This document shows positions 1-9,753 of a DNA stretch of 64,000 nucleotides, piece after piece. The stretch covers positions 736,001-800,000 of the forward strand of contig CAXXJJ010000001.1 of the NCBI GenBank assembly GCA_963667015.2, in the 5' to 3' direction. Both the position numbers and the translations under genes were made by a program. Every line of letters starts with the position of its first letter. Within the stretch, counting starts at the first letter, position 1. The stretch comes from Desulfatiglandales bacterium (GTDB taxonomy: Bacteria; Desulfobacterota; DSM-4660; Desulfatiglandales; HGW-15). The notes under the pieces are model-generated. The model did not search any database. It was given only the letters and a program-made list of their open reading frames with translations, and had not been told where the DNA came from.

Positions 1-1210
1 AGAGCCCATGGATCCTGTAGGGATCGGAATGCATGATGGCCCGGGGAAGCCGGCTTGCATGAGGTTCACCGCCGCAGAAATGCGCATAGATGGGGAAATG
101 ATCCTTGCCGATGGATTTGTCAAATCCAGGGGTTGCAAGCTGGTGATCCCTGTTCAGTTCGATCCGGTTTTCTCGGGGAACAAAGCAGCGTCCTCCTTCA
201 ACGTCAAGCTGACCTGCCAGTGCCCAGAGGACCATTACAGCCCTAATGTTCTGCACTCCTGATTTGGTATATTCAAGCCCGGTGTACATCACATAGCTGG
301 CACCTTCTGCATCTGCAATCTCCCCGGCCAACTCCTCTATGATCTCCTCAGAGACCCCGGTGATACCCGATACCTTTTCCGGGGTAAACTCTTTGACATA
401 TTCTGAAAACTCATCATATCCCAGTGTCCAGTTCTCCACAAATTCATCATCCACCAGCCCGTCCCTGATAAGGATATGTGAAAGTCCCAGGGCAAGTGCT
501 CCATCGGTTCCAGGCCGGATCGGCACCCACAGGCTTCCCGGCAGTTTTGCAGAGGCAGTCTGCCTGGGATCAATAACAATTATCCGGGCGCCTTCATTTG
601 CTGCCCTCGCAATGCGGTGATACATTTCAGGCGGGGTGGAGGTAGAGGGATCTGTGCCCCATACGACTATCAGGTCCGAATTATCAACATCGGAAAACAT
701 GTCAATATGCAGGTTTCCCATGGTGACCTGGGGCGCCAGAACTCCGAGAGATGTGTAACATGGGGCTCCAACACCGAAGGTGTTGGGCGATCCGAACGGG
801 AAGAGGATGCTTGAAGCAAGGTAAATCTCTGATCCGCCCAGCTGGAAGGCATCTTTAAATGCCCGTTCATATGTTCCGGTACCGGCGTAAAAGCCTATGG
901 ATTCAGGACCATAGGCGTCTTTTAACTCTTCCATCCTGCCTGCAATGATTTCATAGGCCTCATCCCAGGAGATGGGCTCGAAATCGAGTTTCCCCTTTGG
1001 GCCTTTCCGTTTCATGGGCTGTTTGATCCGGCTTTCAGAATAGATAATCTGCCTGGCGCTCGCAGCCATAGGACAGAGTACATTGCCCATGGGGGCATCC
1101 GGGTCAGGTGTAAGCCTGTCTATTTTTCCTTCGTCATCAAAGTGAACTATGACCCCGCAACCGGGGCTGTGAAAGCATATTCCGCAAATTCCCTGTTTTT
1201 CTTTTTTCAA
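1..1210 (-). CDS. Molybdopterin (bis-MGD) oxidoreductase, N-terminal part; resembles the acetylene hydratase / metallopterin-dependent ergothioneine synthase (MES) branch; runs off the window
   Basis: Not in the ORF track (no stop inside the window). Manual translation from TTG at 1210 (RBS AGAGGAG): MKKEKQGICGICFHSPGCG...LCP (4Fe-4S motif), RIKQPMKRKGPKGKLDFEPISWDEA, SILFPFGSPNTFGVGAPCY, VVWGTDP, VIDPR, IRPGTDGALALGL, WALAGQLDVEGG. Same frame still open at base 1. Confidence 0.9.
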   Translation of the reverse strand, partial: MKKEKQGICGICFHSPGCGVIVHFDDEGKIDRLTPDPDAPMGNVLCPMAASARQIIYSESRIKQPMKRKGPKGKLDFEPISWDEAYEIIAGRMEELKDAYGPESIGFYAGTGTYERAFKDAFQLGGSEIYLASSILFPFGSPNTFGVGAPCYTSLGVLAPQVTMGNLHIDMFSDVDNSDLIVVWGTDPSTSTPPEMYHRIARAANEGARIIVIDPRQTASAKLPGSLWVPIRPGTDGALALGLSHILIRDGLVDDEFVENWTLGYDEFSEYVKEFTPEKVSGITGVSEEIIEELAGEIADAEGASYVMYTGLEYTKSGVQNIRAVMVLWALAGQLDVEGGRCFVPRENRIELNRDHQLATPGFDKSIGKDHFPIYAHFCGGEPHASRLPRAIMHSDPYRIHGL

Positions 1211-1225
1211 ACCGTGCCGCTCCTC

Positions 1226-2188
1226 TTATACCTGCTCTCTCTGTGCTATAACAAACTGGGAGGTGATGTGTTCCCAGAGGTTCTGTGTTTTCCTGATTTT
1301 CCACTGTACCCGGCCTGTTTCCTGAATACTGAATCCCGGAGAAAATATCCCGCTGCCTTCCTGGAGCATGCGACAGACATTATCTATGCCAAAGCCCTTA
1401 AAGGGGCCGTCATTCCTGCCACCCAGCCATAGATTAGGACTGCTGACAGTTTCATCCCAGGAAAAAGGATCGGAAAACAGGAACCGGGCATTTGTCCTGT
1501 TCATGACCCGATTGGCCTCTAAAAAATGTTGAGAAGGATCCGGCACCTTTTCCAGGATATTCACTGAGCTTGCGGTAGCAAACCGGTTCGAGCGGAAGGG
1601 CAGCGCCATGGCATCCGCCACGATGAATTCAGCCTTTTCATACTCAAAGTCCTGATCCAGGTTGCTGGACTTTTTTTCTGTTATCTCTCCCTCTATCATC
1701 AGATCAAATTCAAGGCGCTGTTTGGCCATGAGGTTTCTGGCTGACCTGATAAAGGAGAGGGAGGTGTCGATACCTACAGCCCTGTCATGGGTTTTGGTCA
1801 TTTCAAGTGTAAGCCTTCCCACCGCACAACCGATATCCAGGGCCCAGCCTTTACGCGGGTTGAAGGCGGCAGCCCACTTTTTATAGGCATCCGTTGCATC
1901 CGGGCCATTAAAAAATTCTGAATAATGGCTCCATAAATAGGACTGAAGCATGGAAAATGAACCGTATCCTGCCTGGTGCCAGGTTATGGGCAGTGTCTCT
2001 TCCGGCACAACAACAGCAGTACCGTCACTTATTTCATACTGCCTGCCGCAGTCCGGGCATTTCAACCGGCCCTCAATAATTTCTTTATCTGTTTCACTTC
2101 GAATATCTACTGTCAGCGGGACCTCATTACTTGCATCTTTGTTCAGGCATTCCGGGCAAATCAGCTCGCTGGTAAGCCATTTTTTCAT
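1226..2188 (-). CDS. SAM-dependent methyltransferase with N-terminal Trm112-like CxxC...CxxC domain; MTase domain resembles the OvoA C-terminal (5-thiohistidine N-methyltransferase) domain
   Basis: LICPEC...LKCPDCGRQYEISDG; YLWSHY; motif I ALDIGCAVGR; GIDTSLSFI; IEGE; ADAMALP; NILEKVPDP; SDPFSW...WLGG; WKIRKTQNLWEHIT. ATG 2188 has RBS GAAGGAG (ORF track starts at 2242). Confidence 0.8.
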   Translation of the reverse strand: MKKWLTSELICPECLNKDASNEVPLTVDIRSETDKEIIEGRLKCPDCGRQYEISDGTAVVVPEETLPITWHQAGYGSFSMLQSYLWSHYSEFFNGPDATDAYKKWAAAFNPRKGWALDIGCAVGRLTLEMTKTHDRAVGIDTSLSFIRSARNLMAKQRLEFDLMIEGEITEKKSSNLDQDFEYEKAEFIVADAMALPFRSNRFATASSVNILEKVPDPSQHFLEANRVMNRTNARFLFSDPFSWDETVSSPNLWLGGRNDGPFKGFGIDNVCRMLQEGSGIFSPGFSIQETGRVQWKIRKTQNLWEHITSQFVIAQREQV

Positions 2189-2304
2189 GTCAGCTCCTTC
2201 ATTTTTTTCCGGTTTTAAGAATTTTCTGAGTAAGCTAATCACATTTTAGTAATTTGGCAATAATTCTTCCGTGTTTTTAATTAATGTATTTTATAAAAAA
2301 TATT

Positions 2305-2332
2305 TTGACAAGAATATTGCCTTTTGTATGCT
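2305..2332 (+). promoter_or_regulatory. Sigma70-type promoter for the dipeptidase gene
   Basis: TTGACA-16 bp-TATGCT, ~35 bp before ATG 2366. Confidence 0.5.
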
Positions 2333-2365
2333 TATGCATTAAGCGATCTTTCAGGAGTTGATCTT

Positions 2366-3385
2366 ATGAGTGATAGACTGATAATATTTCCGGACGCTGA
2401 CTTCATTGCCGAATTGACAAAGGATTTCAAAAAAGATGACCCCAAACCGGATACCCTTTATGTGGATGGTCACATAGACCTGCCGTTTTTTATGGCGGCC
2501 CATGCACCGGATATGATTTTTGATGATCTGGATACGGGCCCTGTAACACCTGATACCGTAAAAAGGTCTGGTGTCCGTCTTTTTAATACGGCTATCTATT
2601 GTCAGGATATCTATAATGGCGGAAAGGCCCGTATACATTTTCAGAATAATCTGGATCATGCAAATAGAATCCTTGAGAATGTGATACATATTAGATCCGG
2701 TAACGATATCCAGGAAATAAAAAACAGTGAAGATGCAATGGGTACTGTCTTTCTGCTTGAAAATGCAGATGCTCTCACAAACAACACCTCTCTTGCCATG
2801 TCATTGAGAGATCAGGGTGTTTATATCGTCGGACTTACACACAAGGGGACCAATCGGCTTGCAGACGGAAATGAGGTCATGCACTCGGACGGTATAACCC
2901 CGGAGTGCAGGGAAGTGGTTCATGTCCTGCTGGATAATAATATTCTCATCGATGTGGCACATCTTCATCCGTCGTGCTTCTGGCAGCTAATGGATCTTGT
3001 TGAAGGACCATGCGTATCTTCCCATACAGGGATCAGGGAAAGGTGTAATATACCTAGAAATCTGGATTTAGAGCAGGTAAGACAGATATATGATCGTAAT
3101 GGACTAATTGGTATAGCGTATGACCCGAAAATGTTGGCACCTGATGCTGAAGCTGACATTGAGGATATATTTATTCATCTGGACATAGTCGTCCAAAAAT
3201 TCGGGCCTGATTGTGTGGCCCTGGGATCGGATTTCTGCGGTTATAAAAAAGTCACAACAGGTATGGAAGATCTCATGGGTGTGAATACTTTAAAGGGTAT
3301 TATGGAAGGGAACGGTTATTCAAAGGAAGCTGTTGACAAAATAATGGGGATCAATTGGCTCAGGATCTATGAAGGGCTTCTTTAA
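2366..3385 (+). CDS. Membrane dipeptidase (peptidase M19, amidohydrolase fold)
   Basis: DGHID, LLENAD, GLTH, IDVAH, SSHTG..RNL, ALGSDFCG, KIMGINWLR; RBS AGGAG before ATG 2366. Confidence 0.85.
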   Translation: MSDRLIIFPDADFIAELTKDFKKDDPKPDTLYVDGHIDLPFFMAAHAPDMIFDDLDTGPVTPDTVKRSGVRLFNTAIYCQDIYNGGKARIHFQNNLDHANRILENVIHIRSGNDIQEIKNSEDAMGTVFLLENADALTNNTSLAMSLRDQGVYIVGLTHKGTNRLADGNEVMHSDGITPECREVVHVLLDNNILIDVAHLHPSCFWQLMDLVEGPCVSSHTGIRERCNIPRNLDLEQVRQIYDRNGLIGIAYDPKMLAPDAEADIEDIFIHLDIVVQKFGPDCVALGSDFCGYKKVTTGMEDLMGVNTLKGIMEGNGYSKEAVDKIMGINWLRIYEGLL

Positions 3386-3388
3386 TAA

Positions 3389-4228
3389 CTATAATTCATA
3401 AACCATATCCATTCCCACGGCAAAACATTCCAGGTCTGCACCCTTTTCTGATATTATCCTGTTGCAGTGTTCTACAATCATGTCAACCTCAGAATCTGAC
3501 CGTCTATGGTCTAAATGGAAAAGGCCGAATCGTTTAACACCTGCCTTTATGGCTAAATCCAGGGCATCTGTATAGGTCGAATGGCCCCATTGCCTTACCG
3601 CCGGATATTCTTCTGGTGTATATTCCGCATCGTGAAAAAGTATGTCGGCATCCTTGCAGAATTTCAGGTAATCTTTGTATTGTAATCCGCCATTGTGCTG
3701 ATATGTCAATTCGTTATCCGTCAGGAACACAAAGGTTTTACCTTTTTCAGTAAATTTAAATCCATTCCCCCTGTTTGGATGACTTATGGGGATTGTGAGA
3801 ACATCAACTGAGCCTATCTGAAATGAGATGGGGCATTCCGGTATAAATTCAAAGGATGCCTTAAGTTCCGAATATTCTACTGGAAAATTAGGTTGAGACA
3901 TGACCTTGCCAAGCATTGACTCTATGAATTCCTGTGCAAAGGGGCAGCCCTGCATCATGATTTCAAAATTTTCATCATAAATAGGTGCAAAAAAAGGAAA
4001 ACCCATCAAATGATCCCAGTGGGCGTGTGTAAAAAGAAGATCAAAAGAAAAACGTTTTTCATTGAGAAGTTCAATGCCAAGCCGTCTGATACCTGTTCCT
4101 GCATCAACAATAATCAGGTCATTTTCATTTGACCTTATTTCTACACAGGTTGTATCACCACCGTATTTTAAATATTCCCTCCCTGATACAGGTACTGAAC
4201 CTCTTGATCCCCAGCATTTTATAAGCAT
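3389..4228 (-). CDS. MBL-fold metallo-hydrolase
   Basis: WGSRGSVP, YGGDTTC, DAGTG, THAHWDH (HxHxDH), TDNE, HDAEY, WGHS. Confidence 0.85.
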   Translation of the reverse strand: MLIKCWGSRGSVPVSGREYLKYGGDTTCVEIRSNENDLIIVDAGTGIRRLGIELLNEKRFSFDLLFTHAHWDHLMGFPFFAPIYDENFEIMMQGCPFAQEFIESMLGKVMSQPNFPVEYSELKASFEFIPECPISFQIGSVDVLTIPISHPNRGNGFKFTEKGKTFVFLTDNELTYQHNGGLQYKDYLKFCKDADILFHDAEYTPEEYPAVRQWGHSTYTDALDLAIKAGVKRFGLFHLDHRRSDSEVDMIVEHCNRIISEKGADLECFAVGMDMVYEL

Positions 4229-4493
4229 TTTTTACACCTTTCAAAAGAATGCATTCAGGATTTAAAATATGCATAAAAATAGCATAAAATAATTAATTGC
4301 GCTTAAAATATCATATTTGAACTTATTGATCAACATCAGGTTTAATTATTTTACCTTTTTGGCTTTTTTATACGATTTCGGTGATCATTAATTGTAACTT
4401 TTTTCTTTGTCAGAGATTTTACATCTGTGATCGGAATATGATAATATCCCCGATATTTCCTGTCAGTATAATAAAAAAAGAAAGGAACAGATT

Positions 4494-5264
4494 ATGGCTG
4501 ATGTAATAGATTATGTCATCCACGGGGATGATATGCAGATTGTTGAAGTAGAACTGGATCCCGGTGAAGGGATCCGTGCCGAAGCAGGTGCAATGATGTT
4601 TATGGAAGATGGCATAGAGATGCAGACATCAACCGGCGGGGGTATCTTCAGCGGATTCAAGAGGATGATAACCGGTGAGAGTTTTTTTATAACCACTTTT
4701 TTATACAGCGGCAGGGGCAAAGGGCATGTTGCCTTTGGTGCGCCCTATCCGGGAAAGATCATTCCTCTTGAGCTTGACAAGATAGGCGGGAGTTTTTTAT
4801 GTCAGAAGGATGCCTTTTTGTGTGCTGCAAGGGGAATAGAGATTGAAGTGGCATTTACAAAAAAAATCGGGGCAGGCCTGTTCGGCGGCGAGGGGTTTAT
4901 CCTTCAGAGGCTGACCGGTGACGGCATGGCCTTTGTTCACGCGGGAGGGACTATTATAAAAAAAGAGCTGAAACCCGGAGAGAACCTGCGTCTTGATACC
5001 GGCTGCCTTGTGGCCTTTTCGCCCACAGTAAATTATGATATCCGGTTTGTCGGCGGTTTTAAAAACGCCCTCTTCGGCGGAGAAGGACTTTTCCTGGCAG
5101 AGATGACCGGTCCAGGTACGGTCTATATGCAGAGCCTTCCCTTTTCAAGGCTGGCTGATCGCATATTTGCCGCTTCACGGTATCAGCATAAGGGAGAACA
5201 AAAGGGTGTAGCCGGCATCGGAGGAGGTATCCTGGGCGGACTGCTCGGCGGTGACAACGATTAA
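4494..5264 (+). CDS. TIGR00266 / AIM24 family protein
   Basis: AEAGAMM, GESFF, LCQKDAFLC, FGGEGFILQ, DTGCLVAF, GPGTVYMQSLP. Confidence 0.9.
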   Translation: MADVIDYVIHGDDMQIVEVELDPGEGIRAEAGAMMFMEDGIEMQTSTGGGIFSGFKRMITGESFFITTFLYSGRGKGHVAFGAPYPGKIIPLELDKIGGSFLCQKDAFLCAARGIEIEVAFTKKIGAGLFGGEGFILQRLTGDGMAFVHAGGTIIKKELKPGENLRLDTGCLVAFSPTVNYDIRFVGGFKNALFGGEGLFLAEMTGPGTVYMQSLPFSRLADRIFAASRYQHKGEQKGVAGIGGGILGGLLGGDND

Positions 5265-5339
5265 TATATCTTGCATCTGAGCACAACTGTTTTATACTAC
5301 TGCTTAAGCACTTTATTTCTTAATAACAAGGACGTTGAT

Positions 5340-6104
5340 ATGAATATTTTTCATCTTTTATCCTCTATTCCGGCTACTTTTTCCACTGGTGCAGGTTTTG
5401 GAAGTGACATTATTCAGAGGTTTTTTGATGCGGGGCCGGTTGTCAAAATGGTCCTGTTCATACTGATAGGTTTTTCTGTTACCTCCTGGACAATTATTTT
5501 TATCAAATTCAGGTTTTTCAGAAATGCAAGACTGGAAACGGATTATTTCCTTGATCTTTTCTGGGACACCACAGAGCTTACAAATATTTACAAGGAAAGT
5601 CAGGACCTGCCATACAGTCCGATTGCGCAGATGTTCAAAAGGGGGTATGCGGAGCTTATCAGGATCAAAAAACTGCAGCAGGGTAATGGCGGTACAAAGG
5701 GCACTGAACATAATGGCATATCCGAAACCGTTGAAAGAGCACTCAGGAGGGCTACCATTCATGAAAACAGCAGGATGGCAAAGGCCGTTGCCTTCCTGGC
5801 CACTACCGGCAACACTGCCCCTTTTATAGGTCTGTTCGGTACCGTATGGGGTATCATGGATTCTTTCAATGAAATAGCCCTTATGAAATCTGTCAGCCTC
5901 GCCGTTGTTGCACCCGGTATTGCAGAGGCGCTTATTGCAACCGCAGTCGGTCTGGTCGCTGCCATACCCGCTGTAATTGCATTTAACTTCTTCAGCAGCA
6001 AGTCAGAGGCCCTGGGCGCCGAGATGGAGATCTTTTCGGCAGACTTTATTTCCCTTGTTGTGAGACAGTCCATCAAGGGTAAGATCGTTACTGATGAAGA
6101 GTAA
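5340..6104 (+). CDS. tolQ: Tol-Pal inner membrane protein TolQ
   Basis: LATTGNTAPFIGLFGTVWGIM...VAPGIAEALIATAVGL; first gene of tol cluster; start taken at ATG 5340. Confidence 0.92.
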   Translation: MNIFHLLSSIPATFSTGAGFGSDIIQRFFDAGPVVKMVLFILIGFSVTSWTIIFIKFRFFRNARLETDYFLDLFWDTTELTNIYKESQDLPYSPIAQMFKRGYAELIRIKKLQQGNGGTKGTEHNGISETVERALRRATIHENSRMAKAVAFLATTGNTAPFIGLFGTVWGIMDSFNEIALMKSVSLAVVAPGIAEALIATAVGLVAAIPAVIAFNFFSSKSEALGAEMEIFSADFISLVVRQSIKGKIVTDEE

Positions 6105-6127
6105 TAATACGGGGAGCAAGTTTAACG

Positions 6128-6535
6128 ATGATGACCGGTAATGGCGGAAAAAAAAGATTGATGTCGGATATAAATGTAACACCCTTTGTCGATGTAATGC
6201 TGGTGTTGTTGATTATTTTTATGGTCACTGCCCCCATGATGATACAGGGAGAGGATATCAACCTTCCAAAGACCGTATCCAAGCCTATAAAGACAAAGGA
6301 TGATCCCCTTATTTTAAATGTAAACAAAAAACAGGAAATCAGTATTGAAAAAACTAAAATCCCGCTTGACGAACTGGACGAGAAACTAAAGAGCCTGTTT
6401 AAATACAGGGACAATAAAGAACTGCTCCTGAGGGGCGATGAAAGCCTTTCATATGGCTTTATTCTTCAGCTTGCAGCAAGAATAAATAGGGCAGGCATAG
6501 AAAAGCTGAGCCTTATTACAGAGCCGGAACAATAG
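6128..6535 (+). CDS. tolR: TolR / ExbD
   Basis: DINVTPFVDVMLVLLIIFMVTAP; LLRGD. Confidence 0.92.
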   Translation: MMTGNGGKKRLMSDINVTPFVDVMLVLLIIFMVTAPMMIQGEDINLPKTVSKPIKTKDDPLILNVNKKQEISIEKTKIPLDELDEKLKSLFKYRDNKELLLRGDESLSYGFILQLAARINRAGIEKLSLITEPEQ

Positions 6536-6552
6536 GGGAAAATATAAAATCA

Positions 6553-7344
6553 GTGTCAGGAACCATGGCCATAAACAATAATTACGACCAGGAAGGATTC
6601 AGATGGCGCTTTATGTTTATGCTTTCGTTATTACTGCATGGCGTGCTCTTTTTTGCGCTTTTCTGGGTGCCGGGGAGTGGTTCCGGCCTCAAAATGAATG
6701 AGGCTGTTGAAGTAACTATTGCCGATGCATCAAAGATAAGCCAGGCCGGGGGTAAGCCTGCATCTCAAAAAAATACTGCAAGGACATCGCCCGCTGATAA
6801 CAGGCAGGCCCGAAGAATCTCTCCATCTTCCAGCAAAAAAAATGCAGTTACTGTGGCAAAAAGAACAGTCGAAAGAAGCAGGTCAAAACCGAAAAATGAC
6901 CAGGTTTCTTCTGACCAGTTGCTGAATAAGGCGATCTCAAAAATAGAAAAAAAGGTAACTGCAGAAAAAAACGATGATTATTATGATAAGGCTATTGCTG
7001 CTCTGGAGAAAAAAACAGGCTCAACAGGGGGAAGAAAAACCGGAGGAGGGGCTTTGGGCAGCCTTGCCATGAATGTTTATAAGATGCAGGTGGAGACATA
7101 TATAAAAGAACAGTGGTCATATCCTGATGCCCTTGGCAGCAATTACGAAGCCGTCGTTTTATTGAAGATCATGAAGGATGGAACCGTCCTGAAAACCGAT
7201 TTTGTAAAACCCTCAAGAAATAAACTTTTTGATGAATCAGTTCTAAAGGCAATAGAAAAGGCCGGATCTCTGCCCCCATTACCCGAAGGATACAATGAAA
7301 ATTATGAAGAAATTGAAATCAGATTTAATCTGGATCTTGAGTAG
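6553..7344 (+). CDS. tolA: TolA / TonB-family energy transducer
   Basis: N-terminal TM with SxxxH (SLLLH), low-complexity linker, C-terminal TonB-C-like domain (FDESVLKAI...LPPLP); position between tolR and tolB. Confidence 0.8.
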   Translation: MSGTMAINNNYDQEGFRWRFMFMLSLLLHGVLFFALFWVPGSGSGLKMNEAVEVTIADASKISQAGGKPASQKNTARTSPADNRQARRISPSSSKKNAVTVAKRTVERSRSKPKNDQVSSDQLLNKAISKIEKKVTAEKNDDYYDKAIAALEKKTGSTGGRKTGGGALGSLAMNVYKMQVETYIKEQWSYPDALGSNYEAVVLLKIMKDGTVLKTDFVKPSRNKLFDESVLKAIEKAGSLPPLPEGYNENYEEIEIRFNLDLE

Positions 7345-8653
7345 CATCAATATATTAATACTAACACTGCTTATCTTTTTTACGTCTTCTCTTCCTTCTT
7401 TTGCTCGTCTGGAGATCGTCATTGATGATGTCGGGGAAAGAAGGTTGAAGGTTGCCATCCCCGATTTTAAGAATTTTTCATCGGAAAATGAGTTTCCGGA
7501 ATTGTCCGGCCAGCTGGCTAAGGTTATTTCAGGCGACCTGGATCTCAGCGGCTATTTTCTACCCATGGACAAGAACTCATTTCTGGATGAAGACGGAACA
7601 GGAATAACATCAGACAATATCAATTTCAGAAACTGGACCCTGATAGGAACCGAGGCCCTGATAAAGGGAACATATAAATGCATAGGCAGGAACCTTGAGC
7701 TGAATGTAAGGGTATATGATCCCTATATGGCTAAACAGCTCTTTGGGAAAAGGTTTTACGGGAAGACAGATGAGTACCGTCAGCTCATGCACCGGGTAGG
7801 CGACGAAATAATTGAGAAACTTCTACCTGTAAAGGGAATATTTTCAACCAAATTTCTTTTTGTAAATAATTCCACCGGAAACAAGGAAATATATATGTGT
7901 GATTTTGACGGGCACAATATTAAAAAGATTACCTCCGACAAGAGTATTGCTCTGTTCCCGAGATGGTCGCCAAAGGGAGAAGGCTTTGCATTTACCTCCT
8001 ACAGGGAAGGGAATATGAAACTGTATTATATGGATCTTGTCTCGGAAAAGATAAGGAGGATTTCGGGCCGGCAGGAAGGGTTAAGCGCAAGCTGGACTCA
8101 TGACGGAAAGAGTCTTGATATTGTTATGAGAGATTATGGAAATGCAGATATATATAATGTTGATCCGGATGGAAAGATTGTTAATAAACTGACAAGGCAC
8201 TCAGGTGATGATATTTCACCGTCAAGGTCACCTGATGGTAAAAAAATTGTTTTTGCCTCAAACAGGTCAGGTAATACTCCACAGATTTATATAAAGGACC
8301 TGGTTACCCAGAGTGAAGAGCGGATTACCTTTGGTGACTTTAAAGAATGCGCGAGTCCGGTATGGTCGGCCCGGAATAGAATTGCCTTTGTTGCAATAAC
8401 CGAAGGCATACATGATATATATACCATGAACCCGGATGGTTCGGGCATAAAAAGGCTTACCGAAGGCAGCGGAAACAACGAAGACCCTTGCTGGTCGCCT
8501 GACGGAGGATATATTGCCTTTAGTTCCAGCAGGTCAGACGGATATCATCTGTACCTGATGAATGCCAATGGGTACAATCAGCGGAGGATTACCTATTTTA
8601 AAGGGGAAGAATGGGAACCCTCATGGTCCCCTTTAGAGCCGGCGCTGGACTAG
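7295..8653 (+). CDS. tolB: TolB beta-propeller protein
   Basis: Signal peptide, TolB N-domain, repeated PxWSPDG (PD40) motifs; exact start uncertain. Confidence 0.92.
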   Translation: MKIMKKLKSDLIWILSSINILILTLLIFFTSSLPSFARLEIVIDDVGERRLKVAIPDFKNFSSENEFPELSGQLAKVISGDLDLSGYFLPMDKNSFLDEDGTGITSDNINFRNWTLIGTEALIKGTYKCIGRNLELNVRVYDPYMAKQLFGKRFYGKTDEYRQLMHRVGDEIIEKLLPVKGIFSTKFLFVNNSTGNKEIYMCDFDGHNIKKITSDKSIALFPRWSPKGEGFAFTSYREGNMKLYYMDLVSEKIRRISGRQEGLSASWTHDGKSLDIVMRDYGNADIYNVDPDGKIVNKLTRHSGDDISPSRSPDGKKIVFASNRSGNTPQIYIKDLVTQSEERITFGDFKECASPVWSARNRIAFVAITEGIHDIYTMNPDGSGIKRLTEGSGNNEDPCWSPDGGYIAFSSSRSDGYHLYLMNANGYNQRRITYFKGEEWEPSWSPLEPALD

Positions 8654-8810
8654 CTGTTTAGGATGTATTGATTCTTGTACATAGTATGATTCAAAAATGT
8701 GCTGATTATTATACACATTTATATCTTTTTCAAAGTGCCTGGATCGTACCAGGGTCAGTGAAAATTTGTAACTGTTTAATATTACAGGTGATGATGCGTT
8801 CGGATTTATT

Positions 8811-8826
8811 TGGCACTGTAATTGCT
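8811..8826 (+). promoter_or_regulatory. Sigma54 (-24/-12) promoter upstream of pal
   Basis: TGGCAC-TGTAA-TTGCT, perfect match to TGGCAC-N5-TTGCW. Confidence 0.6.
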
Positions 8827-9057
8827 TGCATGGAAAGGGATAGTGTGTGTTTTGTCAGGCCTGGAAGTATTCAATAGCTTTAACAAGATGAAGATTATTT
8901 TGAATAAATACTAAATATTTATTGTTTGACTATAATTGTTAAATCAAATATAAATATGTATCAATTATCTCCATCTTTGAAATATTGATTTCAGGATGAT
9001 AAAAAATATTCGTTTTTTCTTTATTGTATCAACATAAAAAATAGTCAGGGGGATAAA

Positions 9058-9663
9058 ATGATTAAAAAATCCATGATCGGTCTGTTTCTAGTAGGGTTCA
9101 TTACTGCATGTCTCTTATTCACCTCTTCATGTCAAAAGCAACCACCGGCACCAACTGGGCCTTCACAGGAAGAAATAGACGCTCAGAAGGCTAAGGAAGA
9201 AGCTGAAAGATTAGCTAAAGCGGAAGAAGAAAGGCGGAAGGCTCAGGAAGCAGCCGACGCAGCAGCACAGGAAAAAATCAGGCGAGAAAAGGCCCGTGCT
9301 GAGGAAGCCGCACAGGCTGCGAAAGATGCAATGACATCTGAAAGAGTCTATTTTGATTATGACAGTTCAGAGCTGAAGTCCGAATCACAGGAAATTCTTA
9401 CCAGAAAGGCCACATGGCTGAAGGCCAATAGAGGTTATAAACTTAAAATTGAAGGTAACTGTGATGACAGGGGCAGCACAGAATACAACCTGGCACTTGG
9501 CGCAAGAAGAGCTGAAGCCGCTGCCAAATTCTTAAACGCCCTTGGGGTACCATCTGACAGGATCACCACAGTAAGTTATGGTGAAGAAAAACCGGCAGTA
9601 GAAGGCAAAAACGAAGCAGCATGGTCCAAGAACCGTCGTGATGAGTTTGTATTAATTCAGTAA
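9058..9663 (+). CDS. pal: Peptidoglycan-associated lipoprotein Pal
   Basis: Lipobox-like TSSC, A/E-rich linker, VYFDYD, IEGNCDDRGSTEYNLALGARRA, SYGEEKP, NRR. Confidence 0.95.
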   Translation: MIKKSMIGLFLVGFITACLLFTSSCQKQPPAPTGPSQEEIDAQKAKEEAERLAKAEEERRKAQEAADAAAQEKIRREKARAEEAAQAAKDAMTSERVYFDYDSSELKSESQEILTRKATWLKANRGYKLKIEGNCDDRGSTEYNLALGARRAEAAAKFLNALGVPSDRITTVSYGEEKPAVEGKNEAAWSKNRRDEFVLIQ

Positions 9664-9692
9664 GATAAAATCTTATTTATATTAAATTTTTA

Positions 9693-9728
9693 AAACCTGA
9701 TCTGCGGGGTCATCTGCAGGTCAGGTTT
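9693..9728 (+). terminator. Stem-loop after pal (terminator or mRNA stabiliser)
   Basis: AAACCTGATCTGCGGG/TCTGCAGGTCAGGTTT hairpin followed by T-rich sequence. Confidence 0.6.
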
Positions 9729-9753
9729 ATTTACCATTCTGAGTTATATATCG

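Noticed and set aside
721..780. Possible selenocysteine in the molybdopterin enzyme
   Set aside because: The putative ligand codon is TGT (Cys), and no in-frame TGA was found in the segments translated.
9140..9330. A/E/K-rich repetitive segment in Pal
   Set aside because: Ordinary helical linker of a lipoprotein; no DNA-level repeat unit.
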